From positions 60,748-80,747 of the forward strand of contig KZ538346.1 of assembly GCA_000934665.2 (NCBI GenBank): a stretch of DNA of 20,000 nt. Direction: 5' to 3'. The notes under the pieces were generated by a model that searched no databases, was not told where the DNA came from, and worked only from the letters and a program-made list of their open reading frames with translations. Numbering within the stretch: position 1 is the first letter of the stretch; every line of letters starts with the position of its first letter. The position numbers and the translations under genes were made by a program. Origin of the DNA: Catajapyx aquilonaris. Its lineage: Eukaryota. Of this stretch, positions 10,377 through 20,000 are shown piece after piece.

Positions 10377-11082
10377 CTATGGTCTGTTCAAATGAAACAA
10401 AGTGAGGCAATATCTCAGGAGCTATTTGTCTCAGCTGAGTGCTAGCGGTATCTCTGAGTAGGCACTTGCATGGCTCATTTTCATGCAGAGTAGTAGTAGT
10501 CAGTATGCATGTAGTGGACAGGATAGCATTTTTTGCAAGTCTCCCAGGGCTATGGATTCGTCCAAACAGGCAAAACTCGCCATCATCCTTTTTCCTCATC
10601 AAGGAAGGAACTTCACCAGTGGACATTGTCCATTGGATGCCAAGGGCATGTGGGAAAGCCTGCTTCAACCACAACACCTTGGTGGACAGATTGGTGCAGA
10701 AAACCACTAAGGAAATGTTGCCTCGAAAGGTCCTCCATGCACACGTTTGGACAAAAATTCCCTACACCTTTTGAAGAGAGTCTTGTGGTTGAAACATACA
10801 TTCCCATGGACCTGCTGTATCCACTGGACTATGTCCACTGGTGCAGTTCCTTCCTTGATGAGGAAAAAGGATGATGCCGAGTTTTGCCTGTTTGGACGAA
10901 TCCATAGCCCTGGGAGACTTGCATAAAACTCTCTCCTGCCCACTACATGTATACTGACTACTGACTACTCTGCATGAAAATTAGTCATGCAAGTGCCTAC
11001 TCAGAGATACCACTAGCACTCAGCTGAGACAAATAGCTCCTGAGATATTGCCTCACGTTATGTTTCATTTGAACACACCTAT
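10377..11082. mobile_element. Fold-back element made of two inverted 5' ends of a mariner transposon
   Basis: ggtctgttcaaatgaaac / gtttcatttgaacacacc termini near TA. Each arm encodes a mariner N-terminal HTH remnant: + strand MDSSKQAKLAIIL / FLIKEGTSPVDIVHW...; - strand FLIKEGTAPVDIVQWIQQVHGNVCFNHKTLFKRCREF. Confidence 0.85.
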
Positions 11083-11207
11083 TAGATGCATTTGTGTTTT
11101 TTCATTCGTGTATTGTATTGGATAGAGAAGTAAGGGACAAAATTGTGCAGTTATGTGATGCAAGATAGCGTATGTTTTGGGATTGATGAATTGTAGTTGG
11201 TTATTTG

Positions 11208-11566
11208 AGAAGGGAGATGAAGTGGCGCCGCGGTAACGCGCGCGCCCACGGATATTAAGGTCCCGGGTTCAATCCCCACCCGGGGTTCCCACCTTTATCC
11301 GTGCAGAGTTGGGCCATCTCTGGCTTCATTTCGGGTGGCAATTTCCGACAGACTAAGCCACCCTGGGGAGTTCACAAAATGACCAAGCAACGACATTGCA
11401 CTTGCACTTTGCACATCCCCTCCTATTCATTCCCCCTTCACTCGCGGTACCCAGGCGTTACGGAAAAGGACCACTTGTAAAAGCTTGTACATCTTAAGCA
11501 AATAAAGGTACCGTGCCAGATGCCCAATTAGGGCGGTGCACTAACCCGATTATTATTATTATTATA
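11208..11566 (+). mobile_element. tRNA-derived SINE with (ATT)n tail
   Basis: A box TGGCGCCGCGG at 11223, B box GGTTCAATCCC at 11266, attattatt tail at ~11549-11566; 14-bp TSD tagttggttatttg at 11194-11207 and 11567-11580. Confidence 0.88.
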
Positions 11567-11616
11567 TAGTTGGTTATTTGTAGCTTGTAAATCATCATTG
11601 TTTCGCCTCCTTTCAG

Positions 11617-11737
11617 AAAGTACATCCTCATTTGTTGAAGACTCATGTAAACTCAAGATTGAAAAATCTTCGGGATGGAAGCAAAATTGATTGGGCAACA
11701 GCTGAAGCATTAGCATTTGGTTCTCTACTGTATCAAG
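11617..11737 (+). CDS. DHTKD1: DHTKD1 internal exon ending at a GC donor
   Basis: tttcag|[58 protein letters not shown] motif; the phase-1 join to 14753 requires donor AAG|gcacgt. Confidence 0.92.
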
Positions 11738-12219
11738 GCACGTTTTTGTATGTTAATGTAACCCTTGGAATGGTTGTAATTTGACAGACTATGACAATCT
11801 TTCTTTCTATACTACCTTGCTTCATCTGACTGCAGAAACCTGTGTTCTTTTTCCCTGAAGTCATATGTTTGTTTTTGCTTGAGATTGGCAAAGTCTGGCC
11901 ACATATGTACCCTCTACCTGTTTCTGGCTCACAAGGGAATGGTGTGCATTAGTCAATTGAATTGCTGGATGATACCTATTGCATTTGATAGAGTGTTGAA
12001 TAAGGATTAGGACATTTCTAGGGTGCAACAAGAGGGTTACTCTATGTAAAGGTGTCATTTTGTCTCCATGCCATCTTTACTGAGAAAATAAGCATTCTTC
12101 AAAGAATTCGACACAGCAGTTCCCGTGCCATGGGTATTGCCTGCAATACTTTCACCACCTCTGCAGTTGACTGCTATATCAAATGATATTGCAGTTTAAG
12201 TTTAAATTACAGGTGTTAA

Positions 12220-12926
12220 CCCCTTCGCCCCCATAATTTAGGCAATGAGATTCGCTTCCGTTCAACTCACATGTACTCCAAAGATAAGGACAAGATATTT
12301 TACAAATAATAACAGCTATAATTTATTACACGTTCATGCATGACACTATGAATGTGTTGGAGACAATTTTCCTTCTTTAGAATTCGCAAAATTAATTTCC
12401 AAAAATATCACTGAAAACTCGAAATTCCTGTACTACTGCCCAACTGTTAGGCTGATTTAATTATGAAATACATTAAAATATAATGAATATCAACCTTGAG
12501 AAGAGTGCCAGACGAATTTGCTGAAATCGTCATACCTCTTGAGAATTAAATCAATTTTGGAGTTTCCGAAGTGAGAGGCAAGCTGCAGATAAGTATTAAT
12601 TTAATTCTCGCAAAGTGTGACGATTTCAGAAAATGTGTCAGGCACGCTTCTCCAGGTTGATATTCAGTATTTTAAATGTATTTCATAATTAAATCAGCTT
12701 AACAGTTGGGCAGTAGTACTTGAATTTCAAGTTTTTATGGCGATCTTTCTGGAAATAAATTTGTGCCTTCTTTACCAGGAATATGGTCTCCAACACATTC
12801 AGAGTGTTGAGCATGAACGTGTAAGTATAGCTGTTATTATTTGTAAACTATATCGTCCTTATCTTCAGAGTACGTGTAAGTTGAACGGAAGCGAATCTTA
12901 TTGCCGAGATTCCAGGGGCGAAAGGA
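12220..12926. mobile_element. piggyBac-like fold-back MITE
   Basis: TTAA-ccccttcgcccc ... ggggcgaaagga-TTAA; arms ~12220-12555 and ~12595-12926 are reverse complementary. Confidence 0.85.
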
Positions 12927-13312
12927 TTAAACAGTACCAAACTCAAAAGGAGGTAACGAAGTTTATTGCCAGTGCACACTTAATTTGCTACATGTAGCAT
13001 GAAGTTTAGAAATTAATGAGCATTCCAAACAAGTAAGTTATGCAGTTTTGTAGCCTTTTGCTTATGCACAATCAGTTTCCATGCCACTTTCTGTAATGCC
13101 AGATTTTTTTAAAACAACTTCGTGATGAACATATACGTACATTGCATATTCTGATGTCACACAGAGTGAATGTAATTTGTTTGTACCCATAAAGGGGATA
13201 GAAACAACATCCTACCTACCATGTCTTCTTCTAGTCCCCCCATCAGGGCAACTTAGCCATTGGTCATTCACCTTGTGACAGTGGACATGTCTCCCTAACT
13301 ATGCAGTGTATA

Positions 13313-13815
13313 GGGTCATTCCCACGTGCCACAAAATCTCGATCTTGAACCACGTTTCTGAGGCGCACAATCAGGATCGTTTGGTGACTGTTTCCACGGG
13401 CCACGTACTTTTCGTGATTTTCGGTGGAGTGGTCTGTAACCACGCCCACCCGCCTGGAGAAAAAATGACTCTCGCTTCGGCTCCCGGACAAAGGCACGGG
13501 TGACTCTACGATAGGCCTGGCTGTAATAGCATGGAGGCATGCTATCTACGTTATTACACAGGTCCTGGCTGCCCGCAGAGCGAGGGGGCAGACACGTGGG
13601 CAGACGGGGCCAAGCAGGGAGCCGCCATGTTGCCCGGTCCGGAGGGGGGAGTGACGTCAGGATCGCCACTCGAAAGCTGGCAGCCAACTTCCTCAAGCTG
13701 GTTGCCACAGTCACCTTCGTAAACGCGTTCGGGTGGAGAGAGGGCATGTGGGAACACCCCAATCGCAATTTTCGGGGGTAAGGATCATGATCCCTGTGGC
13801 ACGAGGGAATGACCC
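13313..13815. mobile_element. GC-rich MITE, possibly PIF/Harbinger-like
   Basis: gggtcattcccacgtgccaca / tgtggcacgagggaatgaccc; flanks ata / tta; superfamily tentative. Confidence 0.65.
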
Positions 13816-14379
13816 TTATGACAACTACTGTAACTGTACCATAGAGTGGCATGCCAGTATAAATCAGGAGTGACCAGCAGGCTGGTATACTCCTGGGGAG
13901 CAGGCTGGCTGGTGATGTCATGGGAAGGCTTAAAAATAGGTGGTTTTGAACTTTTACACAGTGGTCTTAAAGTTCCACAAGGACACTATGATAGTTTTCA
14001 ATTATTTTTGCAGAACCGAAGTATGCTACAGCATTGGTGTTTGCCTGTAGTAGGGGAGTGGGTGACATGGAAATCAGAGTTTTAAGCTGTCTTTGCCATC
14101 AGTAGTCAAGATTTTTCACCTCCTATATGAGAGTACTCGTGAAGTAGGTAGTGGTCTTAAACCTTTATAATTATTATGGTGTTGTATTTCTCGTATCTAA
14201 ATTTACATTTGGTAACAGGGTTGATATTGTACAACCTTGTGCAAATTATTCATTTCGTTCTATCTCTTGAAGTGTTGAAGTAGGCTTGTTATATTATCCT
14301 AAAAAGTGACTAAAGTTGATGCATGCCATTTTTACACAGCCCATCAATGCACAGTTATGCAGGATTGTATTGGCTAAGG

Positions 14380-14547
14380 CAGCGGTTCTTAACCTGGGGT
14401 GAGGTGGCTCCCCTGGGGGTGCGAGGAAGGTTCACCTCTAGACTTAGTCTAACTATGAACTTAATCAATCACCCCTGGTATAGGGGGTAAGGCAAGGACC
14501 AACTGTCTTCAAAGGGGTGTGGAGGCCCAAAAGGTTAAGAACCCCTG
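14380..14547. mobile_element. hAT (Charlie/Buster-like) MITE, 168 bp
   Basis: TIR CAGCGGTTCTTAACCT / AGGTTAAGAACCCCTG; 8-bp TSD ggctaagg / ggctaaga with central TA. Confidence 0.85.
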
Positions 14548-14752
14548 GGCTAAGATATCACTGGAAAACTGCTGCAATAAATTACTGACCCAAAATTGGT
14601 TATGCAAATGATGAACTATGATAATGGCAGTACTTAATGATGATTTCTGTCTAACACGTAGTTTGGTAATATGTTGGTGTTTTCACCCATTATAATTGTC
14701 ACAATTCAGCTCTTATAATTTTTTCCTGACTAATGGCTTGGTTTTGTTATAG

Positions 14753-14892
14753 GTTTTAATGTGCGCATTAGTGGACAGGATGTAGGGAGAGGTACATTTT
14801 CACATCGACATGCAATGTTAATTGACCAGGACACCAATGAAATGTACATACCCTTAAATGACCTACTACCTGATCAAGTGGGACACTTAGAG
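14753..14892 (+). CDS. DHTKD1: DHTKD1 internal exon
   Basis: gttatag|GT; (G)[46 protein letters not shown]; donor gtaaat at 14893. Confidence 0.95.
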
Positions 14893-14949
14893 GTAAATTA
14901 AATTTACAACTGAAGCAGGAGTGACTTACTGCATTTTCCTCATTTTCAG

Positions 14950-15106
14950 GTTGCCAACAGCATTTTGTCTGAGGAAGCAGTGCTGGCATTTGAATATGGA
15001 ATGAGCATAGAAAATCCACACAACTGCATAATATGGGAGGCTCAGTTTGGAGACTTTTTTAATGGAGCCCAGATTCCTATTGATGTGTTCATAACAAGTG
15101 GTGAAG
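14950..15106 (+). CDS. DHTKD1: DHTKD1 internal exon
   Basis: ttttcag|GTT after a 57-nt intron; [52 protein letters not shown]; donor G|gtaagt; WEAQFGDF motif. Confidence 0.95.
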
Positions 15107-15471
15107 GTAAGTAAGGATGACAGCCAGAATTAGGTATATTATACAGTACTGAGAAAATTTTATTACCTTGGAGGGTGGGGTGGGGTGTACTATGGACCGA
15201 GATAATATTGTGCTGACAGTACATAAGACAAACTACATGCCACAGCAAGATTTAATAGCCCATAAACCCCTAAGTAACTTTAAAAATGATGTTGACTTGC
15301 TCATTTGAATAAGGGCTTCTTTCTTGTTACAAAGTAATTAGCGACCTTTATGGAGAAAGATCTATCCTGTCATTCATTTATGATGACTGCTTTTGATAAA
15401 AGGCCTTTATGCACACCAGTGCTAAAAACCAAATGCAGTTCATGTAAACTGATATGCAATGATTATTGCAG

Positions 15472-15674
15472 CAAAGTGGCTACTCCAGAGTGGCCTCATT
15501 ATGCTTCTCCCCCATGGGATGGATGGAGCTGGACCTGAACACTCGTCATGCCGAATGGAGCGCTTCTTGCAACTCACTGATTCTAAGGAGGATGGTGTTG
15601 ATGGAGATACAGTCAACATGGGAGTGGTCAACCCAACCACTCCAGCACAATATTTCCATGTGTTGAGGAGGCAG
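15472..15674 (+). CDS. DHTKD1: DHTKD1 internal exon
   Basis: ttgcag|CA; (A)[67 protein letters not shown]; donor gttagt at 15675. Confidence 0.95.
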
Positions 15675-16325
15675 GTTAGTTATTGCTAATCATTTCACAT
15701 TTTGCAGGTTAATATGAAAGAATCCTTTCCACGATTGATTTTGTTGCTGTTCACCATAATTTTTAGTGGAGATTGCACCTTTAAAACAATGCCAGAAGTG
15801 ATAGCAAAACACACTTTTTTGCATTAGCATTTTAAGGTGTGAAAATCAGGTGTTAAAATTCGTGGATTTGAAGGTGTTCAACTTTCAAATAGCCCTAGGA
15901 GGAAAATGGAAGGTGCATGAAGTTTTATTTCAAATTTTACAGCAATGGTAGATCATGCCCAATTTTTAGAGGTAGGCTACTCATTAAAACTGATATTTCA
16001 TTAAATTGTTGTTCATGCGGTCATGTTGGCCCATTATAATACCATGCTTGAAGGATTTCCACATTGTGCTGCAATTTTTGCCTGGGCTTAGTTTTTAGCA
16101 AATAATAGCCTACACAAAAAGAAAGATGTGATCTACAATTGCTTGTAAAAATTTATGTAAAAAAAATCCTTCACTTTTCATGTTCCCCTGTGGCCATTTG
16201 AAAGTTGAAGAAATTGAAAATTTGTGAATATCAAACTTATTTACAAAACTCATAAACCTAGGAAAATGGGAGGAAAACCTGCCCTTCACATTTTCTTCTG
16301 AATTTTCTACTGATATTGTCAGGTA

Positions 16326-16486
16326 CAGTATTGGTCATATATCGAGGCAACCGCCAGCGACATTTTCCGAAGCGGCAGAAGAAGGAATCGAAGATAAGCA
16401 TACTTACAAGCCGGGCGAGCAAGATTCCTTCTTCTGCCGCTTCGGAAAATGTCGTTGGCGGTTGCCTCAATATATGACCAACACTG
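16326..16486. mobile_element. 161-bp hairpin MITE with TA TSD
   Basis: TA-cagtattggtcatatatcgaggcaaccgcc...gaaggaatc, with a near-perfect ~64-bp inverted arm ending gaccaacactg-TA. Confidence 0.88.
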
Positions 16487-17524
16487 TACCTGGTGTCCAA
16501 CAAGAATGGGGAACTAGCCTTCATTTTGGAAACTACATAATAAATTCGCCCATATTTTTTGGATTTTTTTGGCATATTCCGTTTTAAGATATCAGTTCCC
16601 GTTCCGGAGTAATTGGGGTTTTTATGTAGGGAAATGGTGACGTCACTGTTTCCCTAGAAAATGTTGACGTCACGCGAAGTGAAATGAACGCAAAAAGGGT
16701 GTTATAGAACGCGCCCCGTCATTGTTGTAAAATGCTTCGCTGTGGTTAGCAACCGTCCCATTCCGTGAGCAAGATAGCGGCCGGGGCGAGTTTTTACTTC
16801 ACGCCGCTCAATCAGCTCAGGGGCTGGCAGGGGTGCCAACTGGCAGGAATCATCTGTCACCCGAATTCGGCACATGAAGGCCCCTTTTCTCCACCTCGAT
16901 GGCCTACAGCCGCCTTGCGAATGCTTTTCGTCGTGTCCGCGGTTAATTCAAAGTCAAATTCCTCATATCTCGCAGTCAACCAGGCATTTCAGTGTACCCT
17001 TTCGATTGGCAGCGGCGTTTTTCCCGCCAATTTTGAAGGCACTTTTAAATGTGCCGTAATTTATCCAGTAATGTCATTTTGATGCAACGGAGTGATGGAA
17101 TGTATGTTTACGGGCATGGGCTAGCTAGTTATGAACAAAAATCCCAAATCCCAGACCAAGGCTAGTTCCCCATTGGCGCAAGCGGCAGCGCACGAACTAC
17201 AGTCTCTCGTATACCTGTGCTCGTAGATTGTAGTTCGTGCGCTGCCGCTGCGACAATTCTTGTTGGACTGATAGTACAATCTTCACTGAAAATGGGGCTC
17301 AGTGACAAAATCAATCCTGTAGATAAGGAGCGCCAACAGCATAACATTCAGAGCCTTAGATTAATGTACAGTATCAGTATATTTTATCATTACCCATTAA
17401 ATTCTGGCAAGCTCATAAATTATTATGTCCTCTTTAAGTGCATGATGCATGAACAATGGGATTTGCAGCATGTTGCTTTAATAGCTCTTGCCACATTTTT
17501 TTGCATCTGCCAAAATGCTTGCAG

Positions 17525-17920
17525 ATGATCCGTAATTTCCGCAAGCCCTTGGTGGTGGTGGCCCCAAAGATCTTGATCCGTCATCCTGAAGCTGTCTCAA
17601 ACCTTACCAGCATGTCTCCGGGCACTCACTTTAGGCCTGTGATTGGAGATGAATCAGTTGAACCAGACCAAGTGAGGAAGATTGTTTTTGTGTGTGGGAA
17701 GCACTATTACACCCTGAGGAGGCAGCGGGAAGTCATTGGAGCCAAAGATGTGGCCTTAGTCAGGGTGGAGAGCTTGTGTCCCTTTCCCACATCAGAGTTG
17801 CAGACAGAGGTGGCGAAATACAAGAAGGCAAAGGCATTTGTTTGGAGCCAGGAAGAGCACCACAACCAAGGGGCCTGGTCATTTGTCAAACCTAGGTTTG
17901 AGAACCTGGTTGGTTGCAAG
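17525..17920 (+). CDS. DHTKD1: DHTKD1 near-terminal exon ending at a GC donor
   Basis: ttgcag|[24 protein letters not shown]...VFVCGKHYY...RVESLCPFP...[26 protein letters not shown]; family similarity stops at AAG|gcaagt. Confidence 0.93.
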
Positions 17921-18101
17921 GCAAGTGCTACACTACCTAGTCATAAAATGGTTTTTGTGTGTGTGTTAGGTGATAGGCTATTAACTGACACTCAATCAAT
18001 TTATTTATGACGGATCTGTGTTTATAACCTCCATTTCTCTTGGCTATATTGGGCACAGTAACTGAGAGTATTTCAGGTCAGTTCAAGTCACCATGCATAT
18101 A

Positions 18102-19251
18102 CGAGGCGCGTCCAGAAAGTAAGTTTCGTTTTTTTATTAGAAAAACCACAATGCACCCCCAGAATTTTTATTTACACATCTGAAATCGACAACTGTCTAC
18201 TTTTTTTCAAAATAGTTTCCAGCCAAATTGGGGCATTTTTCATTGAGTTACACAATATTTTGTATGCCTATGTCGTAGGAGTCTGCCGCCAGCCATTTCT
18301 GCTATCCCTGACAGCTGGATTTCAACTCCTCGTCATCGTCAACCTTTTGCTTTGCAAGCCAATTCTTCCTGTCCATGGACAGGTGGTAATCGCTAGGCTC
18401 TATATCCCAGGTGATCAAAAATTCTCACTTGAATTGAAGAGCACAGGGGAAAAACGGGGAATGTCACAGAAGAAATGTCAATGAAAAATCGAAGAAATGG
18501 CTTTATTTCTTCACGTGTCTAAAGAATAATAGGGATATCTTCACGTCATTATATGCAACTGTCACCCTTGTACCCATGGAAAGCCTCCAGGTATAAGTGT
18601 CACCTATGCTACTATTGTACTGTGCACTTGGCAGGAACCCCAACGGAATGTGACATTCCCCGTTTTTTCCCTGTGCTCTTCAATTGTTTCGGCAGGGTTC
18701 CAGTAAGCAAGGCAGTATGCAGGGGGGCATTGTCACGCAAGAAAACACCCTTAAACACAAAATACTGATACGTTTCTTGTGAATTGCCATCCTTAACTTC
18801 TGTAATGTCTCATAATAAACTTTTGGGTTGAACAAACGTAGCAGCATGTTGAGTTTCGGGGTGTTTTCATGCTCGACAATGCCCCCCTGCATACTGCCTT
18901 GCTTACTGGAACCCTGCCACAACAATTCAAGTGAGAATTTTTTGATCACCTGGGATTTAGAGCCTAGTGTTTACCACCTGTCCATGGACCATTGGCTTGC
19001 AAAGCAAAAGGTTGACGATGACGAGGAGTTGAAATCCAGCTGTCAGGGATAGCGGAAATGGCTGGCGGCAGACTCCTATGACATGGGCATACAAAATATT
19101 GTGTAACTCAATGAAAAATGCCCCAATTTGGCTGGAAACTATTTGAAAAAAAGTAGACAGTTGTCGATTTCAGATGTGTAAATAAAAATTCTGGGGGTGT
19201 ATTGTGGTTTTTCTAATAAAAAAACGGAACTTACTTTCTGGATGCGCCTCT
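18102..19251. mobile_element. Fold-back element made of two inverted 3' ends of a mariner (DD34D-like) transposon
   Basis: TA-cgaggcgcgtccagaaagtaag / cttactttctggatgcgcctct-TA. Right arm (+) encodes LDNA..HTA / DLEPSVYHL..WLAKQKVDDDEELK / LAADSYDMGIQNIV..EKCPNLAGNYLK; the spacer (-) encodes YYETLQKLRMAIHKKR. Confidence 0.9.
18436..18681. mobile_element. 246-bp MITE with 4-bp AATT TSD (Sola-like)
   Basis: AATT-gaagagcacaggg..aaaacggggaatgtcaca / tgtgacattccccgttttttccctgtgctcttc-AATT; the opposite arm of the host shows the empty site. Confidence 0.8.
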
Positions 19252-20000
19252 TAACTGTCAGTATATTCTCCTGATACCTTATGGTATCTGAATACTTGAA
19301 TAAGGATATATTATATCTTATAATATATATATGTCGTGAGCCAATTGTACGCGCTGGACCAATAGTCCGCGAGTGAATTGGCAGCCGGCCAACTGTTCTG
19401 CCCCCCCCAGCCACCACCACCCCCGTAACAGCGAAGAATCAGGATCTGGCATCGCCGCAATTCGTGACGCAAAGGAAGCCGCACTTTTCAAACGGAGCCG
19501 TCCTCGCCAAGCGGGTAGAAATTAATATTAGGCCGATGTCATTGTCACCGTCATCATTATCATCATCATTGTCCTGGTCATTACTAAAAGATCGCGTGCA
19601 CATGCCACTGCACCTTGCAACGTTACCGCTGCCCTACACTATTTCCTGGCGTTTGTGGCAGCATGTTGCTCATTTTAGTTGTGTGCAAAGCTAACCCGTT
19701 GCAGTAAATGATCATGGAAGAATGAATTCCGAGTTGTTGACATATTATTACTGTAACAGAATGACACAAAACGAGTTGCGTCTGTGAAATCAATGCAACA
19801 TTAATAATTGTCGTCTCCGTGCACTCAACACTTGCGTCAAATAATGTAGAGAGAGGAAAGCACTCAACTTGCGCCCAATGACTCGTGAGTCAAAGTTTTG
19901 ATTTCCAATGACTCAAATGGTGTTCCCAGCAGTGTCACTTTCCCAAGTAAACATGTACAGTTCTGCTCATGAAGAATGGCTACAAATGATCATGGCCTCT

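Noticed and set aside
11212..11290. Possible tRNA gene on the plus strand
   Set aside because: It has A and B boxes only, followed by a body, an (ATT)n tail and a TSD, so it is a SINE.
13316..13921. 201-aa minus-strand ORF and overlapping ORFs
   Set aside because: They lie mostly in a GC-rich MITE where stops are rare, cross its boundary and show no recognisable domain.
19332..19690. Possible LTR start (tgtcgtga after a TA run) or Cys/His-rich transposase remnant on the minus strand
   Set aside because: No TSD, primer-binding site or convincing reading frame; too weak to call.
17921..20000. Terminal DHTKD1 exon
   Set aside because: I found no segment resembling the expected GR...PAVG C-terminus; it is probably downstream of the window.
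1..20000. CRISPR array or prokaryotic defence system
   Set aside because: No regularly spaced direct repeats or operon-like ORFs; the window is a spliced eukaryotic gene.

Overview
Eukaryotic (animal, probably arthropod) genomic DNA. The + strand carries eight internal coding exons of a DHTKD1-type 2-oxoadipate dehydrogenase E1 gene; I could not find the first or last exons in the window. The exons join in phase into one intact frame, and two of the introns appear to use GC donors. At least half of the window is intronic transposon sequence: several long fold-back (near-palindromic) elements, three of which are built from one inverted-duplicated end of a Tc1/mariner transposon; piggyBac-like (TTAA), hAT-like (8-bp TSD), pogo-like (TA), Harbinger-like and Sola-like (AATT) non-autonomous elements; and two tRNA-derived SINEs with TSDs. 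One cluster nests four levels deep. I see no support for a new protein-coding system. The most unusual features are the density of large hairpin-forming elements in one pre-mRNA, their apparent origin by end-duplication, and the GC-AG introns. All protein and TE family assignments come from recalled family motifs, not database searches.
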